Part shown: one piece after another, positions 39,557 through 50,423 of the stretch
How the letters are laid out: each line of letters begins with the position of its first letter
How positions within the stretch are numbered: the first letter of the stretch is position 1
From: Cyanobacteria bacterium P01_D01_bin.156
Lineage (GTDB): Bacteria; Cyanobacteriota; Cyanobacteriia; Phormidesmidales; Phormidesmidaceae
Length of the DNA: 64,000 bases
Reading direction: 5' to 3'
Assembly: GCA_039024555.1 (NCBI GenBank)
Contig: JBCCQQ010000006.1
Span: 94,351-158,350, forward strand
Notes under the pieces: generated by a model
What the model was told of the DNA's origin: nothing
Databases searched by the model: none
The model's input: the letters and a program-made list of their open reading frames with translations, nothing else
Made by a program: the position numbers and the translations under genes

Positions 39557-41461
39557 ATGAGTAATCCCGCCCCCCTCCGACCATTTAATCGTCGTGCTAC
39601 TCGCAGTTTGGCAACCGCCTGGTTTTTATTACAAAGCCTAGTTGCGGCACCTTTGGTTGGGATACAGCCTGTGCGCGCTCAGGTGCAAGAGACAGACGAT
39701 ACTAAAATCACCTACGGTCAGCTGCTAGAAAAACTTGACCAAGGTCAAGTGGAGCGGGTCGAGTTAGATAACCTGCGAGGATTGGCTAATGTGCGTCTAG
39801 AAGGTGATGCCGAAGACGAACCACTGCGCCAGGTCACCCTATTTGCCAATGATGAAGACAACCAGCGTCTTCTGCAAAAGCTACGAAACAGCGATGTTGA
39901 ATACGAAGTTTTAGAACGCTCAGACAACAGCGCGCTAACGGGTTTGGCAGTCAATGCTCTGTTAGCTCTAATCGTGGTGTTTGCTCTACTAATGATTTTG
40001 CGTCGCTCGGCTAACTCGGCTAATGGTGCCATGAATTTTGGTCGTTCGCGGGCACGGTTTCAAATGGAAGCAAAAACCGGCGTGATGTTTGATGATGTAG
40101 CCGGGATTGAAGAAGCTAAAGAAGAATTGCAGGAAGTTGTCACCTTCCTCAAGAATCCTGAAAAATTTACTGCCATTGGTGCCCGTATTCCGAAAGGAGT
40201 TTTGCTTATTGGTTTACCTGGTACAGGTAAAACTCTATTGGCCAAGGCAATTGCCGGTGAAGCCGGGGTGCCCTTTTTTAGCATTTCTGGCTCTGAATTT
40301 GTTGAAATGTTTGTGGGTGTGGGTGCCTCCCGTGTTCGTGACCTCTTTAAAAAAGCTAAGGAGAATTCCCCTTGTATTGTTTTTATTGATGAAATTGATG
40401 CCGTTGGGCGACAGCGAGGAGCTGGCATTGGCGGCGGCAACGATGAACGGGAACAAACCTTAAATCAGCTATTGACTGAGATGGATGGCTTTGAGGGAAA
40501 TAGTGGCATTATCGTGATTGCAGCCACTAACCGCCCCGATGTGCTAGATGCCGCCTTGCTGCGACCTGGTCGATTTGACCGTCAGATAACCGTTGATTTA
40601 CCTGGTTATAATGGACGTCTTGGCATTTTGGATGTGCATGCCCGAGATAAGAAGCTTTCTGATGATGTCAATCTCGAAGTTATTGCACGACGGACACCCG
40701 GATTCTCTGGGGCTCAGTTAGCTAACCTACTCAATGAAGCTGCTATTTTAACAGCTCGACGTCGCAAAGAGGCGATTACTTCTGACGAAATTGAGGATGC
40801 CATTGAGCGGTTGACCATTGGCCTGGCATTGACACCGCTTTTGGACAGTAAGAAAAAGCGGCTGCTTGCATATCATGAAATTGGTCATGCGCTGATCATT
40901 ACCCTGCAGAAGCACTCTGACCCATTAGCAAAGGTTACAATCATCCCTCGTTCTGGTGGTATCGGCGGTTTTGCCAGTTACTTACCTAAGGACGACCGAG
41001 GGGATGATGGGTTGCGTTCCTATGGGGAGCTTGTCGCTAGAATCACGGCAGCGTTGGGGGGACGGGCCGCTGAGGATGTTGTTTTTGGTGCAGATGAAGT
41101 GACTTCAGGCGCCACAAGCGATATTCAGACAGTGACAGATATCGCCCGGAGTATGGTCACCCGCTTAGGCATGTCTGAACTAGGCTCATTTGCCATGGAA
41201 ACTCCTAGCAGTAGTGTTTTTCTGGGTCGTAGTGACTTGATGCAGCGCTCAGAGTATTCAGAAGAGATGGGGGCAAAAATTGACCAGCGTGTCCGAGAAA
41301 TGGTTACGGAAGCTTATGACAGTGCCTGTTCAATTTTGAGAACCAATCGCACACTAATGGACCGGCTTGTGGATCGGTTAATCGAGAAGGAAACAATTAG
41401 CGGGGATGAGTTTCGCGACATTGTCAGCGAATATGTCGATATCCCAGCTCAGGACGCTTAA
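39557..41461 (+). CDS. ftsH: ATP-dependent zinc metalloprotease FtsH (FtsH1-like)
   Basis: [34 protein letters not shown]. Confidence 0.97.
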   Translation: MSNPAPLRPFNRRATRSLATAWFLLQSLVAAPLVGIQPVRAQVQETDDTKITYGQLLEKLDQGQVERVELDNLRGLANVRLEGDAEDEPLRQVTLFANDEDNQRLLQKLRNSDVEYEVLERSDNSALTGLAVNALLALIVVFALLMILRRSANSANGAMNFGRSRARFQMEAKTGVMFDDVAGIEEAKEELQEVVTFLKNPEKFTAIGARIPKGVLLIGLPGTGKTLLAKAIAGEAGVPFFSISGSEFVEMFVGVGASRVRDLFKKAKENSPCIVFIDEIDAVGRQRGAGIGGGNDEREQTLNQLLTEMDGFEGNSGIIVIAATNRPDVLDAALLRPGRFDRQITVDLPGYNGRLGILDVHARDKKLSDDVNLEVIARRTPGFSGAQLANLLNEAAILTARRRKEAITSDEIEDAIERLTIGLALTPLLDSKKKRLLAYHEIGHALIITLQKHSDPLAKVTIIPRSGGIGGFASYLPKDDRGDDGLRSYGELVARITAALGGRAAEDVVFGADEVTSGATSDIQTVTDIARSMVTRLGMSELGSFAMETPSSSVFLGRSDLMQRSEYSEEMGAKIDQRVREMVTEAYDSACSILRTNRTLMDRLVDRLIEKETISGDEFRDIVSEYVDIPAQDA

Positions 41462-41486
41462 GCTCAAGAGACTTAAAGTACTCAGA

Positions 41487-41544
41487 AAATGAATGGCCCA
41501 AGTAGCACTCGTACAGCAAAGAGCGTTACTTGGGCCATTCATTT
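41487..41544. terminator. 18-bp-arm hairpin after ftsH
   Basis: AAATGAATGGCCCAAGTA...TACTTGGGCCATTCATTT. Confidence 0.7.
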
Positions 41545-41547
41545 ATT

Positions 41548-41638
41548 GCCATTGTTGATTCAGAGGATGAAACGATCTGTACATCTGGCCAGAGTGCTGG
41601 ATTTGGCAGATAAAATCATCCCGAGAAGCAGCAATGCC
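41548..41638. mobile_element. 91-bp MITE-like element, copy 2
   Basis: TIRs GCCATTGTTGATTCAGAGGATGA / TCATCCCGAGAAGCAGCAATGCC (17 of 23 complementary). Confidence 0.6.
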
Positions 41639-41780
41639 TAGTTATTAACTCTCAGTAATTCCCTTTGATTGGACCTTCAAATCTGCCAAGCAGGTTTAGG
41701 CACAGAGCTGATAAAGCACCAAACGGTTAATCATTGCAGCTATGGAACAAGTTAACAGTTTTGATAATGGCTGTTATTTA

Positions 41781-42098
41781 CTAGCTTTCGAGGGGCTCTC
41801 CGTCCAGTAATTCAATCCGGCCAGAGGAACGTAGGCATTCGAGGCGCCAACGCTGACCGGAGACTCGACCGGGGAGAAATCCTAAAATAGTTAGATGATT
41901 TTCACCACGGTCAGTTTTTACTTTGACCAGTAAATCATTTTTACTTTGGCTGACGATCAGAGCCTCTATTTCAAACTCGCCTTCACGGTTCCAAGGAAGT
42001 TCATACTGGGACTCAGGTTCTTCAGAGCGAAGAACAGCGCGAGTATTTTCAGCTTCAGACATTGGAGCAGTCATAGGTAGTGGGAGGAGATTATCCAA
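41781..42098 (-). CDS. Hypothetical protein (beta-rich small domain)
   Basis: 105-aa ORF, protein-like C-terminal half (GEFEIEALI...GFLPG...WRLECLR); true start may be MTAP or MSEA. Confidence 0.65.
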   Translation of the reverse strand: MDNLLPLPMTAPMSEAENTRAVLRSEEPESQYELPWNREGEFEIEALIVSQSKNDLLVKVKTDRGENHLTILGFLPGRVSGQRWRLECLRSSGRIELLDGEPLES

Positions 42099-42198
42099 AA
42101 GGGCTAATGCACCTTTGCCATTAAAATTATGGCTTTAGGTAGACCATAACATCTTGCCCGGTTGATAGATTGTGCTTCAGATCATAAAGATCGTGTAT

Positions 42199-42885
42199 CT
42201 AGCGAATCGCTTGCTGATCGTCGTACATAGCTCGCAGAACCATGGCAGGATCCACCCAACTACTCTCAAACTTAAGTCCCCAATGTAAATGAGGTCCGGT
42301 AGTTCGGCCAGTCATACCAACTCGACCGATAGGTTGACCAGTCGCAATTGTACTGCCTTCAGAGATACGAATATTACCATTGGGATCGACCATAACTCGC
42401 CGTCCACCTTCACGGGTAACATACCCTTGCATATGACAATAGATATGCTGCCATTCCCCTGACTCAATGACGACTGATGTGCCACAGGCGCTATCGTCAG
42501 ATACTTCGATGACACGACCTTCCCACCAGTTACGGATATAGCTGCCAAGGGGCGCTGCAATATCTAAGCCATAGTGAAACTGTTCACCACCGTAGGGAGA
42601 TTGCCGATACCCAAAAGGAGAGGTATACGCTTGAAAATTTTCTACCGGAAATGAAGCGAAACTCCAGGGATTGCTGACCCTAGCAAGTTCTATCTCGGCG
42701 GCGGCTACAGTCCGACGCTGTGAGGGTTGCACAAGACCGAGCAGGGCCCACAGGGATAGACCGCTTATCATCAAAAGCTTAAGGTAGGTGCCTGATTGAT
42801 TAGGTTGGAGCCACTGGCGACCATGACGCAACAGGGTCTGGGAAACACGTTTTAAGGAAATGGAGCTTGCGGACCGTGATTTCAT
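42199..42885 (-). CDS. M23 family metallopeptidase
   Basis: SPFGYR, HYGLD (HxxxD), YCHM, TTGPHLH. Confidence 0.95.
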   Translation of the reverse strand: MKSRSASSISLKRVSQTLLRHGRQWLQPNQSGTYLKLLMISGLSLWALLGLVQPSQRRTVAAAEIELARVSNPWSFASFPVENFQAYTSPFGYRQSPYGGEQFHYGLDIAAPLGSYIRNWWEGRVIEVSDDSACGTSVVIESGEWQHIYCHMQGYVTREGGRRVMVDPNGNIRISEGSTIATGQPIGRVGMTGRTTGPHLHWGLKFESSWVDPAMVLRAMYDDQQAIR

Positions 42886-43191
42886 ATCCAGATATGTCTG
42901 AGGACCTACAGTGCTGGCTATTAGTGGACATTTGGAAACTTTTCTAGGTTGCCCCGGTCATCAAAAGATTTACTGATTATGTAATGTTGACACCGTGCGA
43001 TTGCCTTGGGATGAAACAGGCCGATCTAAACTTGGTTAGCCTGCCTAGAGAACCCGATGGTTTGGCAACTCTTTAAGAAGTCGAGTCTATTGCCCGCTAA
43101 TGTACATCAATTTCTTTAAATTGCATACATTATTTATTGGTTTGAATAGCTAAGGTTGGGTATGCAAGTTATTGGTGCGTTCGACGGGTCT

Positions 43192-43599
43192 ATGAATAAG
43201 CCGATGCAGACGTCAGCTCAGTGGTATCAACAAGGGATTACGTTTGATCAGCAGGGACAATTACAAAATGCGATCGCATGCTACACCCAAGCCATTGATC
43301 TCCAGGCAGATTATTACGAAGCTTGGGTAAGGCGAGGGTTAAGCCTCATGTTGCTAGAGGATTTTCGACCGGCGATCGCTAATTTTAATCAAGCGGTTGC
43401 CCTAAAAATGGATCTGGATTTGGCCTGGTATCTCAAAGCGTATTGTCACGCCAAAATGCAAGCGGATGAATTTGCTCTACTGGCCCTACGAAAGGCTTTT
43501 GCCTTGAACCCAAACCAATGGATTAACATGGCAGATCAGGAGCCTGCATTTGCACATTTGAAAAATGATCCCCGTTTCCAAGAACTAGTGGTTAGTTAG
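43192..43599 (+). CDS. TPR repeat protein
   Basis: TPR units (AIACYTQAIDL, AWVRRG, AWYLKAYC); start uncertain. Confidence 0.88.
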   Translation: MNKPMQTSAQWYQQGITFDQQGQLQNAIACYTQAIDLQADYYEAWVRRGLSLMLLEDFRPAIANFNQAVALKMDLDLAWYLKAYCHAKMQADEFALLALRKAFALNPNQWINMADQEPAFAHLKNDPRFQELVVS

Positions 43600-43688
43600 A
43601 GTGCTCAGGAAAAACTCACGCGGCCTTAAATTTTTTCTGCTATTCATAGTGGTCGCGTTGGTTTTTCATGGTTTTGGCAGGCGCAGCT

Positions 43689-45935
43689 ATGCAGGCAACA
43701 AGTTCGATTCACACCGATTTATTTTTTGTAGGTGGGGGCCATACCCATGCCATTGTGTTGCGAAAAATTGGCATGCAGGGACTGCCGCCTGGGGTCCGTC
43801 TAACCTTAATTACCAATTTGGTCGATACGCCCTATTCAGGGATGTTGCCCTGTCATATTTCGGGCTTATATGATTTTGAGCAGTCCCATATTGATTTACG
43901 TCCCCTAACCCGCTTTGCTAACTGCCGCCTGATTATGGATGAGGTGGTGGATATTGACGTAGAGCAGCAACAGATTCACTGTCGTCAGCATCCCCCCATG
44001 CGCTACGATACGCTGTCCATTGATATTGGCAGCACGCCGGGGACAGTGGAGGTACCTGGGACGAAGGACTATGCGATTCCAGCTAAGCCGGTTCCTCAGC
44101 TATTACAGGCCTGGCATCACTACCTGACAAGCTTAGAAACAGCCACCACGGCCACCATTGGGATTGTCGGTGGGGGTGTGGGTGGGGTGGAACTCGCCCT
44201 AAATATGCAGATACGTTTGCAACAGGTCGTTGGCCAAAATTCGCAGATTCATATATTCCACCGAGGGGCTCGATTGGCGACAGGGCGCAGTCGGACCACC
44301 CAGCATCAGCTGGCTAAGATCTTTCGTCACCGCCAAATCCACACCCATCTGTCAGAATCTGTCTGTGCTGTAGAACCAGTGGCGGAGCATGAGGTACAGG
44401 TAAGGTGCGAATCAGGCTTGGTGGTGAAGTGCGATCGCGTATTTTGGGTAACCAATGCCAGTGCAGCTCCTTGGCTTGCCCACACAGGACTTTCCACCGA
44501 TAAAAACGGATTTCTTTTAGTCAAAGACACCCTCCAAACCCTGTCCCATGCCAATGTCTTTGCCGTTGGGGATGTGGCTACCATGGTGAACCATCCCCGA
44601 CCCAAGGCCGGTGTCTTTGCCGTTCGCCAGGGGCCACCCCTTTACGATAATCTCTACCGCTACCTGGCGAATCAGTCCCTTAAACCTTTCAAACCTCAGC
44701 GTCAGTTTCTCAACATTATTGATCTTGGTAATGGGGATGCCATTGCCTCCCGTGGTTCCTGGTCAGCTCAGTCTGTTTGGTTTCGCCGCTGGAAACACTG
44801 GATCGATGGCAATTTTATGGCTTTGTTTGACCAGTTTCCCCCTATGGAGGGTGTACCTAAACCAGCTCCAAAAACGCTGACGCCCCACTGTAATGGATGT
44901 GGAGCTAAGGTCAGCAGCTCGGTACTTAGCTATGCCCTAACAAAGGCACGGTCTGACTTTCCAGATATGAACCATTGGCCTAATCCTATAAAAGTAGGGT
45001 TAGATCACCCTGATGATGCAGCGGTCATAGAAATCCCAGCAGGTAAACTATCGGTGCAAACGGTCGATCAATTTCCTGCTTTAGTTGACGACCCCTATGT
45101 CTTTGCGCAGATTTGTGTCAATCACTGTTTAAGTGATTTATTTGCCATGGGAGCCACTCCCCAAACGGTGCTGGCATTGGCCACATTGCCCTATGGTACG
45201 GATGCTGTCCAGGCAGAGACCCTTTATCAGCTGATGGCGGGTGCTTATAAAGCTTTACTACCATCCCAAACCTGGCTAGTAGGTGGACATACGACTGAAG
45301 GCCCGCAATTATCCTTAGGATTTGCCTGTAACGGCTGGGTTGCACCTGAACAGATCCTTACAAAGCAGAATCTGCAACCGGGGCTAAGTTTAATTTTGAC
45401 GAAGGCCTTGGGGACAGGGGTGTTATTCGCTGCTGATATGCAGCGAAGTGCCAAGGGCCGCTGGATTGAATCGGCGGTGGCCAGCATGGTGCAGTCCAAC
45501 CAAAAAGCAGTCAAGTGCTTTCAAGAGCACGGGGTGGTGGCCTGTACCGATGTCACTGGGTTTGGATTGATAGGGCACCTCTATGAAATGTTGACTCCAA
45601 AGACATCGCCGCTAGGTCTCAATGCGTCGATAGAGCTAGATGCCCTACCCGTATTACCAGGAGTTCACAGCTGTTTCTCTGCTGGTTATTACAGCTCTCT
45701 GCACAGGCGTAACCAACGCATAGAGTCTAAACTGCAAAACCCTCAATTGTCCCACGCCAATTATCCCGTTCTCTTTGATCCACAAACCTCTGGCGGATTA
45801 TTGGCAGCAGTTCCTACAGCGCAAGTGGAATCTTGCCTTGCTTCTCTACAAGCCCATGGCTATGGTGATGCTAGAAAAATTGGCCAAGTAATTCCGGCTT
45901 TAGCGGGGCAAGCTCCCCTTAAGATCGTAGGATGA
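43689..45935 (+). CDS. selD: Selenide,water dikinase SelD fused to an N-terminal FAD-dependent oxidoreductase domain
   Basis: N-terminal GGGHTH, PYSGMLP, PKAGVFAVRQG; SelD CNGCGAKV, DDAAV, GGHT, TDVTGFGL, DPQTSGGLL. Confidence 0.95.
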   Translation: MQATSSIHTDLFFVGGGHTHAIVLRKIGMQGLPPGVRLTLITNLVDTPYSGMLPCHISGLYDFEQSHIDLRPLTRFANCRLIMDEVVDIDVEQQQIHCRQHPPMRYDTLSIDIGSTPGTVEVPGTKDYAIPAKPVPQLLQAWHHYLTSLETATTATIGIVGGGVGGVELALNMQIRLQQVVGQNSQIHIFHRGARLATGRSRTTQHQLAKIFRHRQIHTHLSESVCAVEPVAEHEVQVRCESGLVVKCDRVFWVTNASAAPWLAHTGLSTDKNGFLLVKDTLQTLSHANVFAVGDVATMVNHPRPKAGVFAVRQGPPLYDNLYRYLANQSLKPFKPQRQFLNIIDLGNGDAIASRGSWSAQSVWFRRWKHWIDGNFMALFDQFPPMEGVPKPAPKTLTPHCNGCGAKVSSSVLSYALTKARSDFPDMNHWPNPIKVGLDHPDDAAVIEIPAGKLSVQTVDQFPALVDDPYVFAQICVNHCLSDLFAMGATPQTVLALATLPYGTDAVQAETLYQLMAGAYKALLPSQTWLVGGHTTEGPQLSLGFACNGWVAPEQILTKQNLQPGLSLILTKALGTGVLFAADMQRSAKGRWIESAVASMVQSNQKAVKCFQEHGVVACTDVTGFGLIGHLYEMLTPKTSPLGLNASIELDALPVLPGVHSCFSAGYYSSLHRRNQRIESKLQNPQLSHANYPVLFDPQTSGGLLAAVPTAQVESCLASLQAHGYGDARKIGQVIPALAGQAPLKIVG

Positions 45936-45984
45936 GCCCGGTGGGATATCCCACCTTCCATTCAAAACCGATACTTGTAACCTG

Positions 45985-47016
45985 GTGACCCAGATTCTTT
46001 CTATTAAAAACTTTTGGCAGGCTCCCGGCCCGATTTTGGACGTACGTAGTCCTGGAGAATATGCCCAAGGTCATTTGCCTAATGCTGTCAGCTTTCCCTT
46101 GTTTTCCGATGAAGAGCGGGCTCAGGTGGGCACCTGTTATAAACAGCAGGGTAAAGAGACGGCCATCGAAGTAGGTCTAGAGCTGGTGGGACCCAAAATG
46201 GCGGAGTTAGTCAAACAGGCAAAGGTGTTAGCTCCAGAACGGCAGGTCCGCGTGCACTGTTGGCGTGGGGGAATGCGCAGTGGATCAGTGGGGTGGTTAT
46301 TGGAAACCAGTGGCCTAGAAGTAAAGCTTCTGGAGGGGGGCTACAAGGCATTTCGACGCTGGGTGAGAACGACATTAGCTTGGCCTCGTCCCATTATTGT
46401 GGTGGGGGGTATGACCGGCACTGGCAAAACAGATATTCTCCACGCTCTTCAACAATTGGGTGAGCAGGTGTTGGATTTAGAAGGGTTGGCTAACCACCGG
46501 GGTAGCAGCTATGGGGCGCTGATGCAGCCGCCTCAGCCCAGTACCGAACAGTTTGAAAATCTGATTGCGGCTCAGTGGGCACAGTTTAATCACCAGCAGC
46601 CTGTATGGATTGAGGCTGAGAGTCGTCAGGTAGGGGCCTGTCGCGTCCCCGATGAGATTATGCACCAAATGGAAGCTGCCCACACTTTGGAAGTAGTGCG
46701 GACTGAATCCGAACGATTAAAACTATTGGTGGAAATATACGGACAGGCGGAGCCAGAAGATTTAATAGCAGCTACAGAGCGCTTAAGTCGGCGGCTGGGG
46801 GGACTGCGCACCAAAACAGCGGTGCAACACATCAGAATGGGGGATTTAGCTGCCGCTGCTGCTGTTGTCTTGGCCTACTACGATCGCACCTATCGACATG
46901 ATTTAGACCGTCGGGGTAAACAAATTCCCAAGGTGGATGTATCTGATATGTCAGCATTAAGTGCAGCTAAATGCTTACGATCTAAATTAGCTGACTGGGG
47001 ATGGTTGAATTCTTGA
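45985..47016 (+). CDS. mnmH: tRNA 2-selenouridine synthase
   Basis: Rhodanese DVRSPGEY...CWRGGMRS, GGMTGTGKT, DLEGLANHRGS; directly downstream of selD. Confidence 0.96.
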   Translation: MTQILSIKNFWQAPGPILDVRSPGEYAQGHLPNAVSFPLFSDEERAQVGTCYKQQGKETAIEVGLELVGPKMAELVKQAKVLAPERQVRVHCWRGGMRSGSVGWLLETSGLEVKLLEGGYKAFRRWVRTTLAWPRPIIVVGGMTGTGKTDILHALQQLGEQVLDLEGLANHRGSSYGALMQPPQPSTEQFENLIAAQWAQFNHQQPVWIEAESRQVGACRVPDEIMHQMEAAHTLEVVRTESERLKLLVEIYGQAEPEDLIAATERLSRRLGGLRTKTAVQHIRMGDLAAAAAVVLAYYDRTYRHDLDRRGKQIPKVDVSDMSALSAAKCLRSKLADWGWLNS

Positions 47017-47139
47017 CCTTTACTTCAGTGAAGAGGATCATTAGCAGATTCTTGATCTGCAGCAGATTGTTTACTTGCCCCCTCTAATCCATCAAATGTT
47101 GTTCCTATTGGGTACAGGCCCTGAAGGGTAGAAAAACCT

Positions 47140-47346
47140 ATGAGCTACTTGCATTATGTCGTACCTGCTGTGGGTACCTTTTCGATTGCCCTCTATGCCT
47201 TCTTTAAAGATTCTGAGGCATCTAAATCCAGCTTTTTGAACTGGTCATTCGTAGTTGTTACAGGACTGCTCTGGCCCATCACCCTACCCTTCATTATTTG
47301 GAAAAAGCTGCTGGCCTTTTTTAATCAAGAAAGCTTGGAAGCCTGA
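47140..47346 (+). CDS. Small two-TM hypothetical protein
   Basis: 68 aa with F-x-K-D...W...LLWPITLP pattern; hairpin immediately downstream. Confidence 0.7.
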   Translation: MSYLHYVVPAVGTFSIALYAFFKDSEASKSSFLNWSFVVVTGLLWPITLPFIIWKKLLAFFNQESLEA

Positions 47347-47433
47347 GGTTGACGACGCTTTTAGCCACGCTACTTGCATCGTCAAGAAACTTCCTACTAC
47401 CCAAGAATATTGAGCTCATTTCTTAGAGCTACT

Positions 47434-49092
47434 TTACCGAGTAACAGCGCTGCATAGCCGGGGGCTATCCATATAGCTTTCGGCAGTTTGTAAGTGCTTA
47501 CTTAGGGTAGATTTAGGCAAAGGACCCTCCAAATGCTCCCACGGTAATGTCTGTTCTAAAGGCCAATCAGCGTAGACATAATAATCTAGAGGGGGCAACT
47601 GCCCTTTTAGTTCCTTAAACGCACGGCGATAGCTACCGAGGGAATCACCATAGTGCCGAGTGAGTTCTAAAAGCTGACTAATCCGTCGATCACCTCGAGA
47701 AATCAGGGTTTGGATGACTGACCAGTTATAGCTTTCGGGACGAAAGTCGATACCTTGGGAACGCAGTTTCTTTTGTAAAAATTTGAGACGCTTTTCAGCT
47801 TTAGGATTCACGCCGTACCACTGAAATGGTGTGTGCGCCTTAGGCACAAACGTGCTGCACCCTAGGGTAAGCCGCAAACCTTTAGCTGCTTTTTTCAGTT
47901 GCAGCATCATATTGGCAGTCGCTTCTAAGTCAGTGTCTGTTTCCCCTGGAATCCCTGACATGCCATAGAGTTTTACACTGCTTAGACCGCCTAGTTTGGC
48001 ATTGATAACGGCTTTTTCAATATCTGCGGTATCCAGTTTTTTATTGATGGTTTCCCTTACCCGTTCTGAACCACTTTCTACAGCAATGGTGATGGACTTA
48101 GTACCGTGGTCCACAAGGGTTTTGGCAAGTTTTTCATTAACGGTATTAGTCCGCACCGAGGCAATGCTTAGACGGACATCGTTATAGGCAGGCTGATTGA
48201 TGTAATCCAACAGATCCTCAAACCCTGGATGTTGAGTGACAGATGCCCCCAATAACCCTAGACGTTTGGTCACGGTAAGTCCCCGTTTAATAGCTGGAAT
48301 CAGGGATTCATCTAAACTAGCGGTGCGAAAGGGCAAGGTGAGGTAGCTGGCTAGACAAAAGCGACACATTTCTGGACAGCTACGGACCACTTCCACCATA
48401 AAGATGTTTTCCCAAGCGGCTTGTTCAGTAACAACCGTTGAGGCCAGAAGTACATTGCCTCGGTAGGTTTGTTTTTTAACCACTTTGGGAGCACCACTAA
48501 CTGATTCCACAGACTGAATTGGGCCTGTGGAATCGGTGTAAATGGGTTGATAAAGACTGGGTATGTAAATACCTGGCACTTGAGCGAGGGTTTTTAGCTG
48601 CTCTTGGCGATCGGCAGAACGAACAGTTTGATAAGTATCGATAAAAGTGGGTATGAGGTCCTCACCATCTCCCAAAAGAACAATATCGAAGAAATCGGCA
48701 AAGGGTTCAGGATTGGCTGTGAGAACGGGACCGCCCCCAAAAATTAGGGGATGATTGTCGGTGCGATCGCAGCTGCGAATAGGTATTTGCTGCTGTTCTA
48801 ATAGATTTAGGATATTGATGTAATCCAATTCCCAAGATACGGAAAACCCCATCAATTCGGGGTTTGATGGGAGTTCATGAGACATATCCGTAAATAGCCG
48901 CCCAACAGCTAAATCGCTACGCTGCGCCAGCATACCCCAAATCACCTGATATCCCAGACTAGTAATACCAATGGAATATGTGTTGGGAAAGGCAAACACC
49001 ACAGGTACAGCATCAGCGGTGGGAACTGACGGCTTGAATAGCAGATGTTCAGCTGCAAATACGGATACAGTCAAAATATGTGCGTGCGACAA
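47434..49092 (-). CDS. B12-binding-domain-type radical SAM protein
   Basis: CPEMCRFC (CxxxCxxC), GGGPVLTANPEP, GDGE, FVPKAHTPFQW; start uncertain. Confidence 0.92.
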   Translation of the reverse strand: MSHAHILTVSVFAAEHLLFKPSVPTADAVPVVFAFPNTYSIGITSLGYQVIWGMLAQRSDLAVGRLFTDMSHELPSNPELMGFSVSWELDYINILNLLEQQQIPIRSCDRTDNHPLIFGGGPVLTANPEPFADFFDIVLLGDGEDLIPTFIDTYQTVRSADRQEQLKTLAQVPGIYIPSLYQPIYTDSTGPIQSVESVSGAPKVVKKQTYRGNVLLASTVVTEQAAWENIFMVEVVRSCPEMCRFCLASYLTLPFRTASLDESLIPAIKRGLTVTKRLGLLGASVTQHPGFEDLLDYINQPAYNDVRLSIASVRTNTVNEKLAKTLVDHGTKSITIAVESGSERVRETINKKLDTADIEKAVINAKLGGLSSVKLYGMSGIPGETDTDLEATANMMLQLKKAAKGLRLTLGCSTFVPKAHTPFQWYGVNPKAEKRLKFLQKKLRSQGIDFRPESYNWSVIQTLISRGDRRISQLLELTRHYGDSLGSYRRAFKELKGQLPPLDYYVYADWPLEQTLPWEHLEGPLPKSTLSKHLQTAESYMDSPRLCSAVTR

Positions 49093-49283
49093 AAATATCT
49101 TTATCCCATCATAGGGATAAAACTTAAATCAAATCTTGATCGACCCAATAACTAAATCTGCCTAGATTGAAATACCTTCTAAGTGCTAACACGGTTATTG
49201 GCTAGTTAAAAAGCACACTAGTATAGACGCGTACGTGGGTGTACATCTGTAATTGGCTCGGTGTGTTTCATGGAGATTTATTG

Positions 49284-50303
49284 ATGCATGATGATTCTGC
49301 CTCTCAATATTCAGACGTTAATGACGTTGATATTGATCAGCCGTTTCATGGCGTTGATGCCAGGGATATCGCCAAAAAGCGCTTTAAGGAAGGCGTTAAC
49401 CATCATCAGATAGGTCAGTATAACTTAGCACTTGTTTCGCTACAGCGTGCCCTCGATGCACTTAAAGAACCCAGTCTTCTTAAAGGCAAGATCTATAACG
49501 CGATCGCATCGGTTCACTACAGTCAGAAGCGCTATTTATGGGTTTTAGAGCCCGCTCGTAAAGCATTGACCATTGGGGAAGCTGTAGATCATAGTTATCT
49601 ACAGCTGTTAGCTTTGGATCAAATTGGCAATAGCTATCGGCATCTTAATGATTTTGATAAAGCTCTGACTGCCTTGATCAGAAGTTGTCAATTAGCAGAG
49701 GCTACTGCCGATAGCAAGAGCATCAGTCAGAGCTTAAATAATCTGGGCTTAGCCTGTAAAGCTAAAGGTGACTATGCCCAGGCTATTGACTGTTATGAAA
49801 AAAGCCTTCAACTCGCTCAAAAGAGTGGGGGAAATCAAAAGTTGGCGCAAATACTGCGCAACATCGGTAACTTGTATCACCTTATCGGTGACTATGCCAA
49901 AACAGTTGAATACTACAGTCAAGTTCTAGAAATAGAAGCGTTGTGTCTCAATAAATCGACGGCAATCAAAATTTTGCGCAATCTTAGTACGGCCTGTTAT
50001 GCATTGGGTCGCTATTCTTTGGCAGTAAAGTATCTTAAGCAGCGTTTACAGCTAGCTCGAGAAGTGAGTGACCTCAAGGCTCAAGAGCAAAGTTTAGACA
50101 GTTTGAGCATTAACTACGATGCGCTAGGAGATACTGACCACGTTATTCGCTATCAGGAACAACGACTACAAGTTTGCTTGGCACTGCAAAATTTCAAGCT
50201 ACAGCAACAGGCATTAGAGCGGCTAAAAGTATCCTGCTTATCCGTTGGTGACTTTGATCGGATTCTCAAATATCAGCACCTGTATAGTCGCTGTATGGCT
50301 TAG
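49284..50303 (+). CDS. TPR repeat protein
   Basis: Multiple TPR units (SLNNLGLAC, LRNIGNLY); start uncertain. Confidence 0.88.
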   Translation: MHDDSASQYSDVNDVDIDQPFHGVDARDIAKKRFKEGVNHHQIGQYNLALVSLQRALDALKEPSLLKGKIYNAIASVHYSQKRYLWVLEPARKALTIGEAVDHSYLQLLALDQIGNSYRHLNDFDKALTALIRSCQLAEATADSKSISQSLNNLGLACKAKGDYAQAIDCYEKSLQLAQKSGGNQKLAQILRNIGNLYHLIGDYAKTVEYYSQVLEIEALCLNKSTAIKILRNLSTACYALGRYSLAVKYLKQRLQLAREVSDLKAQEQSLDSLSINYDALGDTDHVIRYQEQRLQVCLALQNFKLQQQALERLKVSCLSVGDFDRILKYQHLYSRCMA

Positions 50304-50328
50304 GGGACTATGGCACTTTAAAGAAGTA

Positions 50329-50363
50329 ATCCCCTTGGGTCTGTGTTTCAAACCCAAGGGGAT
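50329..50363. terminator. Bidirectional terminator-like hairpin
   Basis: ATCCCCTTGGGT/ACCCAAGGGGAT between the convergent TPR gene and gap2. Confidence 0.7.
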
Positions 50364-50423
50364 ATTAGACTTTACGACTACAAACAGAGAACAACTATCC
50401 GTAATCGTAAATCTCATCTAAAA

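Noticed and set aside
39417..41568. 13-bp direct repeat TGATTCAGAGGAT flanking ftsH as a sign of ftsH mobilisation
   Set aside because: Better explained as ends of the 91-bp MITE family; ftsH is a core gene.
44885..44910. Selenocysteine codon in SelD
   Set aside because: Both active-site codons are TGT (Cys); there is no in-frame TGA.
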